From the NCBI GenBank assembly GCA_043228905.1, contig JBHGNT010000013.1, forward strand, positions 12,152,001 to 12,216,000: DNA of 64,000 nucleotides, given 5' to 3'. Shown here piece after piece: positions 60,313-64,000 of this stretch (positions within the stretch are counted from its first letter, which is position 1; each line of letters opens with the position of its first letter). Below the pieces are notes generated by a model that saw only the letters and a program-made list of their open reading frames with translations, was not told the origin of the DNA and searched no databases. The DNA is from Azolla caroliniana. Lineage: Eukaryota; Plantae; Polypodiophyta. A program made the position numbers and the translations under genes.

Positions 60313-62468
60313 TGTCAGGAATAGTACTAAAGCAGAGATGGAATTAGTACTAAGAAGAGTAGTACTATTAGTACTAAGAGGATGGGACTGCGTAAGATTC
60401 CCGAGAGAGGAAGTGAGAAGAGGAGAGAGAGAGAGAAAGATGATGACAACAACTAATATATTATGTGAAAAGATAAGTACAAGCGGCTAAGAGGCTTAAG
60501 ACTGGCGTTGAACCAATTTGGTTCAAAACAATGCCATGTGCCTCCTTTTATAGTGTTTTTAGGAATAATCCTGAAGCTTCTAGAATGTTCCAGAGAGATC
60601 TGGAATATACATCAATTTTCTATGATAAAGCATAAATGAAAATAATATCCTACAAATTACAATTCATAGTCTAATGGTAAGAGCTCGACCCATGTAGCAT
60701 AAGGTCATGGGTTCGAGTCTTGCCATATCATGACACTATCTCCCCCTTAAAGACGACGAGTGGAACGAGTCGGCGCTGATTGCGGACCGGGTTTGTCCGT
60801 ATATTTTCGGTGGAAATCAGCAAGAAGATCCTGTGCATTGGCAACATGCTCGACGGGTTCCCAAGTACGTTCGCTCGGACTATAACCGAGCCAATCGACC
60901 AAGTAATAAAGTTTGTTGTGAACAAGTTTGGAATCGAGGATGGCAACAACTTCATACTCCGGGCCGACGTCCAACTCCAGCGGAGGCGGCGGTGGTGTCA
61001 CACGATCGGGAATGGTGTTTGCTTTATAAGGTTCAAGAAGAGAACAATGGAAAACCGGATGTATCTGAAGCTGCGGAGGGAGATCAAGGCGGAATGTGAC
61101 ATCATTAATCTTACCCGTAATACGGAAGGGACCAAGTCGTCGATAATCCAACTTGTCGCACGGTCGAGTAGTCTTGATGTGACGACGTAAGAGCCATACT
61201 CGATCTCCGATGGCAAAAGAGGAGGGAATCCGATGACGATCCGCATAAGTCTTCTGTGTGTGTTGAGCATGACGAAGGTGAGTAGAGAGATCCATTTGGA
61301 TCTTGCGTAGCCTCTCCAAATGATCCTCGGCACGAGGGTTGGTAGGTAGCTCCGGGGTGTCGATCACCGACCAGCGAGGATGGAAACCGGTATAAGTGAA
61401 AAATGGGGAGACCCGAGTCGAGGAGTGAATAACATTATTATACGCAAACTCCGCAAAGTGGAGAATCTTAGCCCAATCGTCCTGTTGATAACTCAAGAAA
61501 CACCGGAGATATTGCTCCAGCGTTTGGTTTGTTCGTTCCGCCTGCCCGTCGGTCTAAGGATGGTAGTTGGAGGAGAGGTTGCAGGAGACCTTGAGCATCT
61601 TGAAAAGATGCTGCCAAAATTTGGAGACAAATTGCGGTCCTCGGTCACTGATGATACTATCTGGGAGGCCATGATGCCGAAATACCTCACGCATAACAAG
61701 GGTGGCAGTTTCCTCGCTAGTGATGGCTTTAGTACACGGCACAAAATGTGCCATCTTCGTATATCGATCGACGACGGTTAGGATAGCATCGAACCCCTTT
61801 GAGACCGGCAGATCTGTGATAAAATCAAGACAAATAGACTGCCACGGCTTACTTGGAATTGGTAAAGGTTCCAACAAGCCATATGGATGGTGTCGTGGCA
61901 TCTTTGCTCGGCAACAAGCATCACAGGTCCGAACGTAGTCGTCGACAAAATGGCGCATGTGGGGCCACCAAAAAGATCGCTGCACTAGCTCCAACGTCTT
62001 AATACTACCGAAATGTCTCGACGTATGGGTGTCGTGACAGTGCTGGACGATTTGAAGGCGACAGGAGCAATCGGGGACATATACGCGCTTTTTAAAGAAT
62101 AACAAACCATCATGATATTCGAATTGTCGGTAGTCAATACTTGGTTGTTGAGACTTAGAACAGGATGCCCGAGAAGTATCAATGTGCGCCAGGATGTCTT
62201 GAGCAAAACTATCCGTCTTCAAGGTTGCACGTATGTCATCGGTAATCCGTGAATCCATCGGGGTGTGAAAAATCCGCGTCGTGTGCAATCGTGTTGGTCC
62301 CAAGATTACTTGCTTTTGATTATCAAATGTTTCATCACCAGGACGAGGTGCAAGATATGAACGCCGTGATAGTGCATCTGCTTTTCCTTGCTGCTTCCCC
62401 GGTCGATATGTGATTTTGAAGTCGAAACGCGTGAGGAATTGCGCCCACTGAGCTTGCCGTCGATTTAG
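60313..62468 (-). mobile_element. Chromovirus (Tcn1-like) element H, 3' part: RNase H end, integrase, chromodomain, 3' LTR 60313-60735
   Basis: LNRRQAQWAQFL...KADALSRR, WQSICLDFITDLP, SDRGPQF, GPF, chromodomain EYEVVAILDS...YLVDWLGY...TWEP. PPT AAGGGGGAGA, LTR TGTCA...TGACA. Inserted in LINE ORF1. Confidence 0.92.
60660..60725 (+). promoter_or_regulatory. tRNA-like A-box/B-box module in H U3
   Basis: TAGTCTAATGG at 60667-60677, AAGGTC variable-loop-like segment, GGTTCGAGTCT at 60710-60720. Confidence 0.7.
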
Positions 62469-64000
62469 TGTTACCGGCCGGCAAGGAGTCCAAATTACGG
62501 AGTGAAGGAATTAATTAGATATGGTTGTAGATAAGCATAGTGTGGACGGACGGACTGGAAACGGTATGCCGTTCCAGATCCGGACGGATCCCGAATAGGT
62601 GCGAGAGGCACCGTTTTGTACTACGGGCCGGAAACCTATTTAAAGGCCCGGACCCTATTGTAATGACAGCGGATAATTAGTAGAGCTTATGTTGTTTATA
62701 CTTCTGTCTTGATTTCCGTTCTGTAATCACTGTTATATCTTACGCGTGTAATTAACCAAAGCAATCTAATAGTGTAACCTACGTAAGTCGGTGTAATCGT
62801 TGAATCTTAATCCTATGCCGTAATCACCCTTTGGTGAAGTGTCTCCGTGACACCTTGTGTTAGGCCTTGTCCGGTTAAGAGAGTAACACAGTTTTGGCGA
62901 CCACGATTCCTGCTTTCTCGCAGCGAACGACGGTAATGGATGACTAGACCAACGCACGACTTGGTTACAGACCGAGCTCGACGCATCGCCGAACGGCAAA
63001 GACGGCGTGAGACTTTCCAGCAAGCAGCGCAGGAAATTCGCTCAGATCGTTCATTCTCCAACGAGATCCGGAGAGTCGCGGAGGAATCTCTCCGGTTACG
63101 GCAAACTCGCGACCAGGACGACGGAAGCAGTCTAAGTAGTCTCCGGGAAACCGAACGACTCCTGGAGGCGCTGGCAAGCGGAGAAAATGAGGCAGAAGCC
63201 TTTTCAGCCTACGAATCGGATTCCGAAGGGGGATACAGCGTGCACACGAACTACCAGAGCAGCAACGATACCCCCGGCGGCCCGGAAGACGACGGGTCGG
63301 ATACCGTGCCGACTCCAGAACCGGAACCGCTCAACCAGGGCTATCCGGAATTGCAAACGGAAGCCGTCAACCCACCAACACCGGAAGTGGAAGAAGCAAA
63401 GCCACTAACACCAACGAAAGAGCCGGCAAAGGTACCGGAAGAAGAGCCGGAAAAAGAACCGGAAAAAGGACCGGCAGAAGAACCGGAAGTGGAACCGGAG
63501 AAAGAACCGGAAAAATATCAACAAACGCCACTACAGCGCGGCTTAATACTGGACGACGACATGCCGTTCCAATACTCAAAGTACCGCGATGATCCGGATG
63601 CGGAAGCGCATGTGGATGACTTCGAGCAGACATGGGAAGCAAATCACACGTCCCAGCGAATGACACCGGAGGAAGAAGAACGCTCGAAGATAGCGGAATT
63701 CGGAGTCACGTTGGAGGGACCAGCGACACGATGGCGGCGGTCGCAGGACCCGACGACCATCACAACATTTGCAGAATTAAAAGCAAAATTCTTGCATTTT
63801 TTCCACAAAGAGGTCGACCAGACGACAATGGTGGGCTTGATTTATACGATCCGGCAGGAGGCAGGGGAAAGCATACCCCAATTCGTCATCCGTTTCCAAC
63901 GAATGCATAGCCAGCTTGCCCGTGCACCCCCGGAGGAGGAATTACGGACGATATTTTTAAACGCACTCCGGGAACCGTTACGCACGGTGTGTACGGTGAT
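62469..64000 (+). mobile_element. Ty3/Gypsy element I (B-like lineage), 5' part, inserted in H RNase H
   Basis: LTR TGTTAC...GTAACA at 62469-62888, PBS-like TGGCGACCACG after a short spacer, gag homologous to B gag. Confidence 0.88.
62940..64000 (+). CDS. Element I gag, 3' partial, with acidic N-terminal extension
   Basis: Frame is open from ATG 62940 to the window end (manual translation). Core from 63561, MPFQYSKYRDDPDAEAH...SKIAEFGVTLEG, aligns with B MAFAYPRFNGETDAATH...SKMTEFGLTLDG. Confidence 0.8.
   Translation, partial: MTRPTHDLVTDRARRIAERQRRRETFQQAAQEIRSDRSFSNEIRRVAEESLRLRQTRDQDDGSSLSSLRETERLLEALASGENEAEAFSAYESDSEGGYSVHTNYQSSNDTPGGPEDDGSDTVPTPEPEPLNQGYPELQTEAVNPPTPEVEEAKPLTPTKEPAKVPEEEPEKEPEKGPAEEPEVEPEKEPEKYQQTPLQRGLILDDDMPFQYSKYRDDPDAEAHVDDFEQTWEANHTSQRMTPEEEERSKIAEFGVTLEGPATRWRRSQDPTTITTFAELKAKFLHFFHKEVDQTTMVGLIYTIRQEAGESIPQFVIRFQRMHSQLARAPPEEELRTIFLNALREPLRTVCTV

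Noticed and set aside
60660-60735. Functional tRNA gene
   Set aside because: A and B boxes are present but I cannot form a convincing acceptor or anticodon stem. Reported as a tRNA-like module instead.

Overview
Eukaryotic, almost certainly land-plant, nuclear DNA. The TE mix (Tcn1-like chromoviruses, RTE-X-like LINE, fungal-looking Gypsy) suggests a fern, lycophyte or bryophyte, which is an inference. One host gene is present: a 4-exon DUF630/DUF632 (NRG2/APSR1/REL2 family) gene at 45478-48904, between two retrotransposon nests. Left nest (1-37853): old Copia A contains Gypsy Y (itself containing Copia Z) and Gypsy B (4790-36867, large extra 3' ORF, no visible PPT). B contains Copia C and Gypsy D (4-bp TSD). 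D contains a 139-bp 25S rRNA fragment and two head-to-head copies of one Copia family, E (intact) and F (5'-deleted). Right nest (54126-64000): an RTE-X-like LINE contains chromovirus derivative G, which has inverted U3 ends, and chromovirus H, which contains Gypsy I. The most notable signal is in the G/H LTRs. Both carry an outward-facing tRNA-like A-box/B-box module at the U3 tip and heat-shock-element arrays, and G also shows a Tf1-type self-priming PBS. Boundaries and TSDs were read by eye. Lineage names come from motif recognition, not database searches.
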